From Alphaproteobacteria bacterium (GTDB lineage Bacteria > Pseudomonadota > Alphaproteobacteria > UBA828), in contig CBDCCI010000002.1 in NCBI GenBank assembly GCA_965214705.1, forward strand, positions 2,978,944 to 3,042,943: a DNA stretch of 64,000 nucleotides. Direction: 5' to 3'. The position numbers were made by a program, and so were the translations under genes. This document shows, in pieces, positions 9,584 to 20,195 of this stretch. The notes below the pieces were generated by a model. That model worked only from the letters and a program-made list of their open reading frames with translations. It was not told where the DNA came from and ran no database searches. Every line of letters begins with the position of its first letter. Positions within the stretch are counted from its first letter, which is position 1.

Positions 9584-11140
9584 ATGTCTTCCATGATCAC
9601 CAACACGGCGTCGCCCGAGGCGGGTGATGGACCGGATCCGGGCATCGTCCCGACCTACAAGGCGCGGTTGCAGGCCCTGGGATATTCCCCGAGCCTGACG
9701 GGCAAGTGCATCCGAACGATCCTGCACCTCATCGCATGGTTGTCGGCGAACGGGATGGGGATCGAGACGCTCGACATTCGCGTCTTGCATCGATTCCTGA
9801 ACCATGACTGCGCCTGTCCCGGTCCGCGCGGATACCGGAAGAACCTCGGACGTGCCCGATGGCATCTGCACCGGTTTCTCGGCTTCCTCATGGAAACGGG
9901 GCGAGTGCGGATACCTCCGGAGATCGAGAGCGGCGGCCGCGTGGTGGAGGCATTCCTTCAAACGCTCGTGGCACAAGGATATGTGCCCGAGTCGATCGCC
10001 GCGTACCGGAAGCGCTGTCGCCACTTCATCGTCTGGCTCTACCTGCACGATGTCGCACTCGCCGAGATCGATGACGATGTCCTCTCCCGCTTCCTCGCGC
10101 ACGACTGCACCTGCGCGCATCCGGACTTCTTCATCAGGACCGGCAGATTCGCGGGTTGCAACAACAGCCGATCGAAGATCGGGTTGTTCATCGATTACCT
10201 GATCGGCACGGGCATCGCCCCGCCGCGCCCGATGCCGGCGCGCGAGGAACCCGGACAATATGTGGCGCGTTTTCTGGTCTGGCTGCGGCGCTATCGCGGC
10301 ATCGGGGAGAGGACCATAGAGAGCTACCACAAGGCCATGCGGGTGCTGCTTCCCCATCTTGGCGACGATCCCGATCGATACAGCGCGACGCTGATCAGGA
10401 ACACGGTGCAGTGCCGCCTTGAGACGGCATCGCGCGATCTTGTCCGACGCGAGACGTCGGCGCTTCGGCTGTATCTGCGCTTCCTCGTGCTGGATGGCCT
10501 TTGCCGGCCGGGACTTGTCGCTGCGGTGCCGACGGTCCCCCTTCAGAGGTTCTCGACATTGCCCCGTCATCTGCCGCGGGACGACATCGAACGCATCATC
10601 GCATCCTGCGACCGGGCGACGCCCATGGGACTGCGGGATCGCGCCATCCTGTTGCTCCTCGCCCGGCTCGCCCTGCGTGCCGGCGATGTCGCCAATCTTC
10701 GGCTGAACGATATCGACTGGGACAAGGCCGTCGTTCGGGTCAGCGGCAAATCGCGCCGCGCCGCGGTCTTGCCGTTGCCGCAGGACGTCGGCGCCGCGGT
10801 CAAGGATTACATCCTCCGTGCCCGACCTGTCGTGGATACCGAGAAAGTGTTCCTGCGCATGATGCCGCCGCTCCATCAGCCCCTGGCCAGCGGTGGTGTG
10901 TCGGCGGTCGCGCAGGCTGCGATCAAGCGGTCCGGCGTCAAGGCTGAGGGTCTGCCGGCGGGGCATGTCTTCCGGCATTCCGCGGCGACCAATCTGCTGC
11001 GCGACAACACGCCGCTGGAAGTCATCGGCACCCTGCTGCGTCATCAGTCCACGCAGACAACGGCGATCTATGCGCGGGTCGATGTCCGAATGCTCCGGGA
11101 AGTGGCCCAGCCCTGGCCGGACGCGGGAGAAGCACGATGA
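9584..11140 (+). CDS. RIT recombinase A, extended N-terminus
   Basis: RDRAILLLLARLALRAGDV, HVFRHSAAT, LRH...TTAIY. Confidence 0.9.
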   Translation: MSSMITNTASPEAGDGPDPGIVPTYKARLQALGYSPSLTGKCIRTILHLIAWLSANGMGIETLDIRVLHRFLNHDCACPGPRGYRKNLGRARWHLHRFLGFLMETGRVRIPPEIESGGRVVEAFLQTLVAQGYVPESIAAYRKRCRHFIVWLYLHDVALAEIDDDVLSRFLAHDCTCAHPDFFIRTGRFAGCNNSRSKIGLFIDYLIGTGIAPPRPMPAREEPGQYVARFLVWLRRYRGIGERTIESYHKAMRVLLPHLGDDPDRYSATLIRNTVQCRLETASRDLVRRETSALRLYLRFLVLDGLCRPGLVAAVPTVPLQRFSTLPRHLPRDDIERIIASCDRATPMGLRDRAILLLLARLALRAGDVANLRLNDIDWDKAVVRVSGKSRRAAVLPLPQDVGAAVKDYILRARPVVDTEKVFLRMMPPLHQPLASGGVSAVAQAAIKRSGVKAEGLPAGHVFRHSAATNLLRDNTPLEVIGTLLRHQSTQTTAIYARVDVRMLREVAQPWPDAGEAR

Positions 11141-12063
11141 CCCTGGCCGACCATGTGGAGCGTTACGTTATATTCCGCCGGGCTCTGGGCCACGCCTATG
11201 TGGAACAGGCGCGGTGCCTGCAGGATTACGCGACCTACGCCGAGGCCCATGGTGACAGCTTCGTGCGCAGCAGCACGGTCCTCGATTGGGCATCGACAAC
11301 GCCGTCTCCCCGCCAGGCGCAGGTCAAGCTGCGCTACGTGTGCGATCTTGCCAGCGTCCTGCACGCCGAAGACGAACGCCACGAGGTGCCTGACCGCGAC
11401 GCCCTGGGCAAGGCAGTATCACGGCGGCCATCGCCTCATCTGCTGTCATTGACCGAGATCGGGCTGATCATGGATGCGGCGCTGGAGCTGCCGCCGGCCG
11501 GTTCGATCACGCCCCTGACGTTCCATTACATCCTGGGGCTGATCGCCGCGACCGGATTGCGGCGCTCGGAGGCGACCGGCCTCCTGCTGACGGACCTGAC
11601 GGTGGATGGCCTGCTGATCAGGAAGGCGAAGTTCGGCAAGCGCCGCCTCATCCCGCTGGATGACAGCGTCCATCGGGCCATGGAGACGTATCTCGCGGAG
11701 AGGAAGCGCCGCGGTGGGCCCGACGACCACCTGTTCGTGCTCTCGACGGGCCGGCCCATGCACCCGGTCTATCTCTGTACCGTCTTCATCAAGCTGGCAC
11801 GGCGGGTCGGGCTTCGAGGCGGGCCAGGCGAGCCCGGGCCGCGCCTTCATGACCTCAGGCACAGCTTCGCAGTTCGCGCGCTCGAACATATGGTCTCGGC
11901 CGAGCGGCGGGATGTCGGCCGTCACATGCTGGCGCTGTCGACCTATCTCGGCCATTCCAACATCGCCGACACCTACTGGTACCTCGAAGCGACGCCTGTG
12001 TTGCTGCGACAGGTATCGCAGGCAACCGAGCGGCTGCATGAGGGGAGGAAGAACGATGGCTGA
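11137..12063 (+). CDS. RIT recombinase B
   Basis: TGLRRSE, KFGKRR, HDLRHSFAV, LSTYLGH...TYWY; ATGA overlap with A. Confidence 0.92.
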   Translation: MTLADHVERYVIFRRALGHAYVEQARCLQDYATYAEAHGDSFVRSSTVLDWASTTPSPRQAQVKLRYVCDLASVLHAEDERHEVPDRDALGKAVSRRPSPHLLSLTEIGLIMDAALELPPAGSITPLTFHYILGLIAATGLRRSEATGLLLTDLTVDGLLIRKAKFGKRRLIPLDDSVHRAMETYLAERKRRGGPDDHLFVLSTGRPMHPVYLCTVFIKLARRVGLRGGPGEPGPRLHDLRHSFAVRALEHMVSAERRDVGRHMLALSTYLGHSNIADTYWYLEATPVLLRQVSQATERLHEGRKNDG

Positions 12064-13048
12064 ACTCGCTCCTCCCCTTGCGATGTTCCTCCGGGAATAT
12101 CTTCCACGCGACAGGGGCACGAGCCGGCATACCGTTGAGAGCTATGCCCTGTGCTTCAAGTTGTTGGTCGTCTTCGTGGCGGATAAGCACGGCATTCGGC
12201 CCTGCAAGCTCGAGATCGGTCATCTCGACATAGCGACCCTTCTTGAGTTCCTCGAACATCTCGAACGGGATCGGGAAAACGGGGTGCGTACACGCAATGC
12301 CCGGCTCGCGGCCATCAAGGCCTTCTTCCGCTTCCTCGAGTTCCGGCACCCGGGATATCTCGACCTCGCCGCACAGGTGCGTGAGATCCCGGTGAAGAAG
12401 GGCGACGTGCCCCTCATCGGCTCTCTCGACCGGGCGGAAACGCAGGCTCTGCTCGACGCGCCGGATCCGGGCACGGTGGCTGGAACACGGGACCGCGCGA
12501 TGCTGTGTCTCACCTACAACGCCGGCCTGCGGGTCTCGGAGCTGGTCGGGCTCGCGCTCGACGATCTGAAGATGCCGGCCCTCGACGAGGTGCACGTCAT
12601 CGGCAAGGGCCGGCGGGAACGCATCCTGCCGCTGTGGAAGGAAACCCGCGGTGCCCTGCGCGACTGGCTCGCTATCCGGCCGAAGAGTGCCGACCGGCAT
12701 CTCTTCCTCAATGCCATGGGCACCGGCATGACCCGGCGCGGCTTCGCCAAACGGATTGTCCTGCATGCGCAAACCGCTGCGCGCAGCGTGCCGTCGATCG
12801 CCGGCAAGACCGTATCTCCCCATCTATTGCGGCACGCTTGCGCGATCCACACTCTCGAGGCGACAGGCGACGTCAGGAAGGTCTCACTCTGGCTCGGGCA
12901 CTCCAGCGTTCAGACCACCGAGATGTACCTGCAGGCGGATCCCACCGACAAGCTGGATACGCTCGACAAATGGCGCCCTCCCAGCCTCCGGAAGGGCGTG
13001 TTCAAGGGTGCGCAGGACGAGGTGCTCGCGATGCTTGCAGGCACCTGA
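12056..13048 (+). CDS. RIT recombinase C
   Basis: TRNARLAAIK, AGLRVSE, GKGRRER, HLLRH, WLGH...TTEMY. Confidence 0.92.
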   Translation: MAELAPPLAMFLREYLPRDRGTSRHTVESYALCFKLLVVFVADKHGIRPCKLEIGHLDIATLLEFLEHLERDRENGVRTRNARLAAIKAFFRFLEFRHPGYLDLAAQVREIPVKKGDVPLIGSLDRAETQALLDAPDPGTVAGTRDRAMLCLTYNAGLRVSELVGLALDDLKMPALDEVHVIGKGRRERILPLWKETRGALRDWLAIRPKSADRHLFLNAMGTGMTRRGFAKRIVLHAQTAARSVPSIAGKTVSPHLLRHACAIHTLEATGDVRKVSLWLGHSSVQTTEMYLQADPTDKLDTLDKWRPPSLRKGVFKGAQDEVLAMLAGT

Positions 13049-13169
13049 ACCCGCCAATCTTATGGGAACCTGAGCCGTGCCCAATCCCTTGATAATCAAC
13101 GCCCGCAGCGGCTCAGGTTCCCAGAATCATAAGGTTCCCATATCCGCTGTTATCGGAACGTTCCGATAA

Positions 13170-13862
13170 CAGCGGTGAAACGATGCCGCCCTGCGGAGTG
13201 CCCTGTTCGGTCGGCAGCCTCTTACCGTCGGCCACCACCCCGGCCGTGAGCATCTGCCTGAGCAGACCTAATACCCGGCCATCCGAGACTCGCTGGTTGA
13301 CGAGTTCGAGGAGCTTTTCGTGGTCCACGGACCCGAAAAAGTCTTTCAAATCCGCATCGAGAACCCACTCGTTGCCCTCGTCCAGTTCCCTCCATATCTT
13401 GCGTAACGCTCCATGGGCAGACCTTCCTTGCCGGTACCCGTAGTTGGCATCGTCGAACACCGGCTCGAAGATCGGTTCCAGCCGGTTCAGCAGCGCCTGC
13501 TGGCACACCCGGTCGTAGATTGTCGGGATGCCGAGCGGGCGGAACTTCCCCGGCTGGCCCGCCTTGGGGATCAGGCATTGGAGAACCGGCTGCGGGTGAT
13601 ACTCACCGTCCCGCAACTCCCGGTGCAGGCGATCGAGATTTGCATCCAGCGATGCCTCGAACGCCGCTAAATCCTCTCCGTCCACGCCACCGGCACCCCG
13701 GTTGCGCTTCACCTTTTCCCAGGCCACCTCAAGGTTCTTCCGCTTGTACACCTTGTCCACCAGTGAGTGGACCTTCCTGTCACCCGCCGGGTTGATCCAG
13801 TCGATGAGTCTCCTCGGGCCATGATGTCCGGGTCTTTCGCTCAAGGAACTTGTCCGCGTCAT
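13170..13862 (-). pseudogene. ltrA: Intron 2 RT, N-terminal half
   Basis: GAGGVDG, FRPLGIPTIYDRVCQQA, DADLKDFF, GTPQGGIVSPL. Confidence 0.9.
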
Positions 13863-15013
13863 GGTCCTTACTCACTCATCGCTGTCTCTCGCCGACCACC
13901 TCTGCCAACCGCCTTCCCCGGCCCACACGGCCGCCGCTCGCGCGGTCACCCGGCTTTCGCCGGGCTTCAGGTACTATTCGGTTGTCCGATTGCTCGCCGC
14001 GCATCCTTTCCCATTTCGCCTTTCGGCTTATAGGGTCCGTTATCCCGGTGCCACCCGGGAACGCGGCGAGCCCTCCTGGGGTCACGTCCAGATCTTCCGT
14101 ACCGTGCCGCTCGCAAACACCTTGGTGCGACGGGTGGGTAAGAACGCCTTCGCCGCCATAGTGCCGGCTCGACCTTGCCCCGTCTTTGGCCGACCGATTC
14201 ATCATGGGGTGGCCCCCTCGATTACGGCCCGGTACTTCTCCGCAAGCCCTTCAGATTCCACCTCGCGGTGGACACCCTGCCTTCCGGTTGTCTTTCGACA
14301 GTGGACCAACTTAGCTCCTCCCTTGGCTGTCTCCGCCGTTTCCGGCTTCGTGCCCGTTTAGAGTTTCGCTTATCGGCTCACTCCGGCCAGTGAGGAATTA
14401 CCCCCACTTTTGGATATGGCGCCCCTTACCCGAGCGCCAGTGGGACTTGAACCCACCTGATCTGGGCGCTGCCCAGCACACACTATGGCCGAGTCTGATT
14501 TCTCCATGTCGTTCATCTTCGGTTACGGACTCCTCCTTTCCTCAGCGTTCCCGCCACGACTCAGCGGGATGACATGGAGACCTCCCAGGTCCCGGTGCAG
14601 TGCGTACGTACGTGCGTGGGTTCTCTGACACCGCGGGATTCAGACCCCCCTCGCCATATCGGTGGGCCAGATGCGACCTTCGGCCAACGAAAGAGCCTCG
14701 GCATCCCGGATGATGTTTCTTTCGGTGCTCAATAGCCCCGCCCACACGCGCCCCTGTCAACGCTTGACCCTCGCCCTCGCGAGCGACGGCCCATGACTCG
14801 GGGTGGAAGTGGTGGCTCACCTTCTCCTTCCTGTTGGACTTTCACCAACTGCACTCGCACCAGTTCGCCTGGCGCACTCCGCACCCACTCCCGCCCAAGA
14901 CTTCCTAGGGCCAGGTGCTGCCCCTGCGCGCGCGTGAATCACAAAGGACATCACGACGGGGCACAGGGTCCCGGAGGATGAACATCCAGAGGGATGGAAC
15001 AAGGGAGATCATC

Positions 15014-15934
15014 ATGATCGACACCACCAGCACTACCGCATCTGCTTCTTCCACTGCCACGGTCTGCGAGAGCATGGCCCTCTATGGCGCAGCGCCCGAG
15101 CGCGGCGAGCTCGACAGCAGGGTCGTATGGGACGAAGACGACGCCATCGACGCGCTGAACGAAGCCATCCGCGTCATCGTCGACGGCATCACCGTAGACG
15201 GCACGCAGATGGCCGACGAGCGCGAGCCGCTCATGTGGGGCTTCACCAACATGCTGCACAGCCAGGTCACCCGCCTCGACCGCGCCGTCGACCGCATCGC
15301 GCCCGAGATGCGCGACCTCGAGAAGGCGCAGGATGGATCGGAGGTGAAGGCCTGGGAGCTGCAGACCATGACCGACCGCGCCCAGAACCTCGGTGATCGG
15401 CGCGACGCCTTCGAGAAGCTCCGCGACCTCGCCGCCGACGCCTACCGCGTCGAGACCGGCGACACATGGCGCCCGAGGCACGGCTCGCACACGAGCCAGA
15501 CCGGACAGCTCACCTCCGCCGCCATCGACGCACGCGACTTCCGCAGAGCCCGCAAGGATCGCGAGACACGCGCGCACCTGCCCGAGGGCACCCTGGTCGC
15601 GATCACTGGCGGCAAGACCGTCAGCGATGCCGACGCGGTCTGGAGCACGCTCGACATGGCCCGCGCGAAGTACGGCGACATGGTCCTGCTGCACGGTGGC
15701 GGTCCCGGCGTCGAGAAGATCGCCGCGAGCTGGGCCGAGGCCAGAGGCGTCAACCAGGTCATCTGCCGCCCCGACTGGAGCGCACACGGCAAGGCCGCGC
15801 CCTTCCGCCGCAACGACGAACTGCTCAACCTGCTGCCCAAGGGCGTCATCGCCTTCCCAGGCTCCGGCATCACCGGCAACCTCGTCGACAAAGCCCGCAC
15901 GCTGGGCATACCCGTCATGAGCGTGGCAGCGTGA
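15014..15934 (+). CDS. DUF2493 (SLOG/YspA-like) domain protein of plasmid backbones
   Basis: VAITGG, MVLLHGG, GVEKIAASWA, PDW..HGKAAPFRRND, IAFPGSGITGNL. Confidence 0.85.
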   Translation: MIDTTSTTASASSTATVCESMALYGAAPERGELDSRVVWDEDDAIDALNEAIRVIVDGITVDGTQMADEREPLMWGFTNMLHSQVTRLDRAVDRIAPEMRDLEKAQDGSEVKAWELQTMTDRAQNLGDRRDAFEKLRDLAADAYRVETGDTWRPRHGSHTSQTGQLTSAAIDARDFRRARKDRETRAHLPEGTLVAITGGKTVSDADAVWSTLDMARAKYGDMVLLHGGGPGVEKIAASWAEARGVNQVICRPDWSAHGKAAPFRRNDELLNLLPKGVIAFPGSGITGNLVDKARTLGIPVMSVAA

Positions 15935-16785
15935 CGGCGGCGCTTGCCTGTTCCGTTGGAGGCGGTTCTCGCTTCGGCGAGGATCGCCTCCACATTTTTT
16001 TGCCGTCCCCCCTCGCGCATCGCGGCGCGGCACTCCGCGCCGACGCCGCGCTCACCGGACGCAAAGTGCTCTCCGGCCTACCATCCGGAGCCGTCGCGTC
16101 TGGCTCGGCGCTCGCGCGCCGTAGCCGGACGCTCGCCGCACCTTGGCGCGCACGACCACCGCGCGCTGACCGACGGTGCCGACGACGACGATCGCCTGCC
16201 TGCAAGTCCCACACGGACCATGTGGATATCCTTGCCGCCGTACGACCAGAAGCGCTACTGCGCCGTGCCCCGGCCCGCTCCGTCGCCGCTGGCGACGTTC
16301 GCCGCGACACCTTGCCCGCACGACATGCCGCCTCGGCTGAAGCGCCGAGCGTCACCCCGCCCGACACTCGCCATGACGATGGTGATCCGTCAACCGTGTT
16401 GACCATGATCGTGTGCCCCCTCCAGTGCCCAATCCGGTCGCGCCGCACACCGTCGTGCGCCCTGCGCGACCGCCCGGTCACTGCCGCAGAAACTCCGGCA
16501 TGCCTCACTCAACAGGTTGGGCCCTGATCCCTTTTCTCACCCCCCTCAAGTCCCGGCTCTACGGCGGAGCCGCTTTAACTTTCACACCTGACGCACCTGC
16601 AGTGCCTTGAGCGAGACTTTACCGGCTTTCATTCTCCAGACGATTGCCGTGCAGAATCAGTCCATTGGACTTGATTCGGCCCTCGGCCTCGATCCCCCGC
16701 GCGGGCCGCGTTGCCATCCCGAAACCGCCGCCCCGTTCCCTTGGAACGGGCGGCGCCTGAGGGAACGGACAACGGAGACACGCCC

Positions 16786-17932
16786 ATGCGCATCCATGCG
16801 ACCATCAACGAACGAACCGTGCGCCGCTCGTTCCGCGAGAAACGAATCGGTCGAAACGGCCTGACCGTCATCGACAGGGATCTGCCGGCCTTCGGCCTCA
16901 AAGTCTCCAGGAACGGCAGGAAGACCTTCTTCGTCCGGGCGGAGCGCCCCGTCGGCGGGGCCAAGACAACACTGGGGACGGCCGACGAGATGACCGCCGC
17001 CGAGGCGAGGGAGAAGGCCATTGCCGCCATAGCGGCCGCGAAGGCCGAGTGCGAGGCCGGGCCACGGTTCGCCGACTTCGCCCAGGAGTTCATGCGCCGC
17101 CACGGGCGGCGCTGGAAGCCGTCCACGAGGAAGGGCAACCGTCACCTGATCGACCGCTACCTCGTGCCCTTCTTCGGCACCATGCCCGTCGGAGAGATCG
17201 CCCGTGCGGACGTGCAGCGCTGGTTCGATTCCATGAGCGCCACCCCGGGCAATGCCAACCGGGCGCTGCCGGTGCTCTCCGTCATGATGCGCCAGGCGGA
17301 GCTTTGGGACTTCCGGCCCCAGGGTTCCAACCCATGCCGCAACATGCGGCGCTACAAGACCACGCCGCGCGAGCGGTTCCTGTCGGTGGACGAACTGAAG
17401 CGCCTCGGCTTCGTGCTTGACCACGCCGAGGACAAGCAGGCCGCCGCCGCGATCCGGCTGCTGCTGTTCACCGGCGCGCGATCCTCGGAGATCACCGGCC
17501 TCCAGTGGGACTGGATACGCGGCACCCGCGCAGTGCTGCCCGACTCCAAGACCGGGCCCAAGGCGATCCAGCTCCCGCCGCCCGCGAGGGCCGTTCTCGG
17601 CGGCCTGCCGCGCAACGGGCCGTTCGTCTTTCCCAACAAGGCCGGCACCGGGCCGATGACCGATCTCGGCCTGCGCTGGTACAAGCTGCGCGACCTCGCC
17701 GGGCTCGACTGCGTGCGCATCCACGACTGCCGGCACACCTTCGCCTCCCACGGTCATGAGCGGGCTCGATCTCTACACCGTCGGACGTCTGCTGGGTCAT
17801 GCCGACGTCGCATCCACCGAGCGCTACGCCCATCTCGCCGACGAGCACGTCCGCGCGGCGGCCGGGCGCATCTCCGGCATCGTCCACGAGGCCATGACCG
17901 GAAGTGGGAAGGAGGCAGATCATGACGAGTAA
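16786..17932 (+). pseudogene. Tyrosine integrase, first of tandem pair 1; frameshift near 17752
   Basis: FTGARSSEI, DSKTG, HDCRHTFASH; shifted frame continues VMSGLDLYTVGRLLGH...TERYAH. Confidence 0.85.
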
Positions 17933-19376
17933 AACCCGCCATACCCGGCTGTCCGCGCGCGCCGTTGCCACGGCGAAGCCGCGCGCGAAGGAATACACCC
18001 TGTGGGACGGGTCGCTCGCGCATTTCGGGGTCAGGGTGCAGCCCTCGGGCGTCAGGTCCTTCATCGTCCAGACCCGCGCCCAGGGCCGCATGCGAAAGAT
18101 CACTCTCGGACGCTACCCCGAGATGGGCATCGAGAAGGCCCGGAGGGAGGCCGCGGCCGTCCTCGTCCGGCTGTGGGGCGGCGAGGACGTGGCACCTCCG
18201 CGCAAGACGAAGGCGCCGCTCTTCCGCGACTTCGCCGCCCGCTACCGCGAGCGGCGCAGGCACCGCTGGAAACCAGCCTCGCTCAAGACCTTCGACGGCT
18301 ACATGAGGAACCGGCTGATGCCCACCTTCGGCCGGATGCGGCTCGACGCCATCGACCATGCCCGCGTCTCGGCGTGGTTCGACGCGGCGAGTGTGGACAA
18401 GCCCGGCGCGGCCAACCGCGCCTTCGAGGCGCTCCGCGCCATGCTCGCTGCGGCTCGCCAGTGGGGCGAACTCGGAGAGCACACCCCCGACGCCTGCGCC
18501 AACATCGTCAAGAACCCGCGCAGGCCCGTGGCGCGCTTTCTCGACCGCGACGAGCTCGAACGCCTCGGCAAGGTTCTGGACAGGCACAAGGCCGAGCACC
18601 CCTGGCAGGTGGCGGTGATCCGGCTACTGACGCTGACCGGAGCGCGGCTCTCCGAAGTCCTCAATCTCAAGTGGGACGAGATCGGAGAGCTCGGCGAGGC
18701 CGGAGCGAGCGCCCGGCTCGAAGACACCAAGACCGGGCCGCGCACCGTCTGGCTCGGACCGGAGGCGGCAGCACTTCTCGAAGCGCTGCCCCGGCGCGAG
18801 GGCAGGGAGCGGGTATTTCCCGAGGATCTCACGTCGCAGCGCCTCTACACGTTCTGGTGCGGCATCCGGGAGGAAGCCGGGCTGTCCGGCCTTCGCATTC
18901 ACGACTGCCGCCACACGTGGGCCTCGCAGGGCGTGATGAACGGCGTCGGCCTGACCACGGTGGGCCGGATGCTCGGACACCGCAATCGCGAGACCACGGC
19001 GATCTACGCCCATCTGGACGACGTGGCCCTGCGGGATGCCGCGGCGCAGGCCGCGTCCGTCATCGCCCGGGCGATGAACTACAGGGCCGAGCCTCCGCCG
19101 TTGCCGGAGGAGGAGGAGGAGGCCGAGAAGGACGCTCCAACGAAGCCCTCGGAGTCCATGAGGTCCAGTGGGTCGGATTCGCCGGACTGGTTGGGAACGC
19201 CCCTCAGGCTGGGGACCGGGAACAGGAGCGCGGAAACGACGCAACCGGAGCCCGGTCGCGTGGACTGGCCCTCATCGCCGATGATGGATATGGACGACCG
19301 CCCCGCCGACTCCGATTCAGACGATGCCAACGAGGACGACCATGAACGCCGCCGGCGCGATCTGCTTTGGATTTGA
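17922..19376 (+). CDS. Tyrosine integrase with arm-binding N-terminus and acidic tail, second of pair 1
   Basis: WDGSLAHFGVRVQPSG, TGARLSE, HDCRHTWAS, LGH...TTAIY. Confidence 0.92.
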   Translation: MTSKTRHTRLSARAVATAKPRAKEYTLWDGSLAHFGVRVQPSGVRSFIVQTRAQGRMRKITLGRYPEMGIEKARREAAAVLVRLWGGEDVAPPRKTKAPLFRDFAARYRERRRHRWKPASLKTFDGYMRNRLMPTFGRMRLDAIDHARVSAWFDAASVDKPGAANRAFEALRAMLAAARQWGELGEHTPDACANIVKNPRRPVARFLDRDELERLGKVLDRHKAEHPWQVAVIRLLTLTGARLSEVLNLKWDEIGELGEAGASARLEDTKTGPRTVWLGPEAAALLEALPRREGRERVFPEDLTSQRLYTFWCGIREEAGLSGLRIHDCRHTWASQGVMNGVGLTTVGRMLGHRNRETTAIYAHLDDVALRDAAAQAASVIARAMNYRAEPPPLPEEEEEAEKDAPTKPSESMRSSGSDSPDWLGTPLRLGTGNRSAETTQPEPGRVDWPSSPMMDMDDRPADSDSDDANEDDHERRRRDLLWI

Positions 19377-19431
19377 CCAAACCCTGACGGTTCGCTTGGC
19401 GCCGACTCGCCTTGTCCACGTGCTTCCCTAA

Positions 19432-19471
19432 GGTGCATTGGTGCATGGGCCCATGGGCCCATGGGCCCATA
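19432..19471. repeat. Five tandem degenerate 8-mers
   Basis: GGTGCATT GGTGCATG GGCCCATG GGCCCATG GGCCCATA. Confidence 0.8.
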
Positions 19472-20195
19472 AACGCTATCCCTGGCATGACTTCGCGGAT
19501 CGCTTGGCTCAGATACTTACCCGTCTCGGAGTTCAGGACTCACGGAGTGGGTGCTTAGGCTGAGTCCCTGTCTCCTTCGAGTAAGACGGCCTGGACGATC
19601 TGGCGGCCTTTCCGGCGCAATCGTCTCGCTTGAACGCCCATCCGTTCTCCGCGCGTCGTGATGAGGCGGTGGCGAATGCACGAGGTGATGGGAGTCCGGT
19701 CTAGGCGTGGAGTATTGCGTTCAGGCGCACGTCGCCAGCCAACACGATGCCGAAGATGGTCTCGCCGGCGAAATTGGGCCCACAGCGACGCGCGCTGTTT
19801 CCCTCGCTCAAGCCGACCGTTCGGATCCAAATTGGTGGAGCGCCGATTTCGCGCCGCCCTCTGCTCGATCGCGCCCGGCACCAGTGAGAGAGGAGCCTAG
19901 CCATCAGCAGGCTGGCGGTGGGCACCCCGGAGGGGAGGTATCTCCGCCGTTCCTCACCGACAGTACGACGGAAAATGAACCATGAATACATCGATGGCGA
20001 TGTCCGACAACGCTGTGTCCGCCCTTCTCGCGAAATTCCTCAGAAGGGTCAAGGCGGTGTCAAGCCGCTACCGTGGAACGTGTCTACCGAGTGGGTGGCG
20101 CGGACGATTCAGTTCGCGACGGTATCATTATGCGAATTTGTGAACCAATGTGGAACACCATGGTCCATGCCTCAGAAATCTGCTAAGGACGACCA

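Larger units (their letters stand above)
9452..13169 (+). mobile_element. RIT element (recombinases in trio)
   Basis: Three overlapping tyrosine recombinases; 84-bp IRs at 9452-9535 and 13060-13143; CAGCGG on both sides (9446-9451, 13170-13175). Confidence 0.9.
8734..14481 (-). mobile_element. Group II intron 2 nested in the RT ORF of intron 1 (twintron)
   Basis: 5' GTGTG at 14481; domain V AAAGCGGCTTACGGGAAAACCGTACGGGCCGTTT; 3' end CCGACCCGAC at 8734. Confidence 0.87.
5236..14877 (-). mobile_element. Group II intron 1, containing IS1634 and intron 2
   Basis: 5' GTGCG at 14877; domain V/VI GAGCCGGATGCC-TTAGC-GGGCACGTCCGGATCTG...CCCTACCGCGAT ending at 5236; internal RT ORF. Confidence 0.88.

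Noticed and set aside
7290-13862. RTs as retron, DGR or defence RTs
   Set aside because: Both have group II intron boundaries, domain V and maturase regions; no template/variable repeat pair seen
19432-19471. CRISPR array here or elsewhere in the window
   Set aside because: No repeat-spacer periodicity and no cas genes seen
19500-20190. Short ORFs between the integrase and the methylase
   Set aside because: No motif or consistent frame; no controller protein recognised
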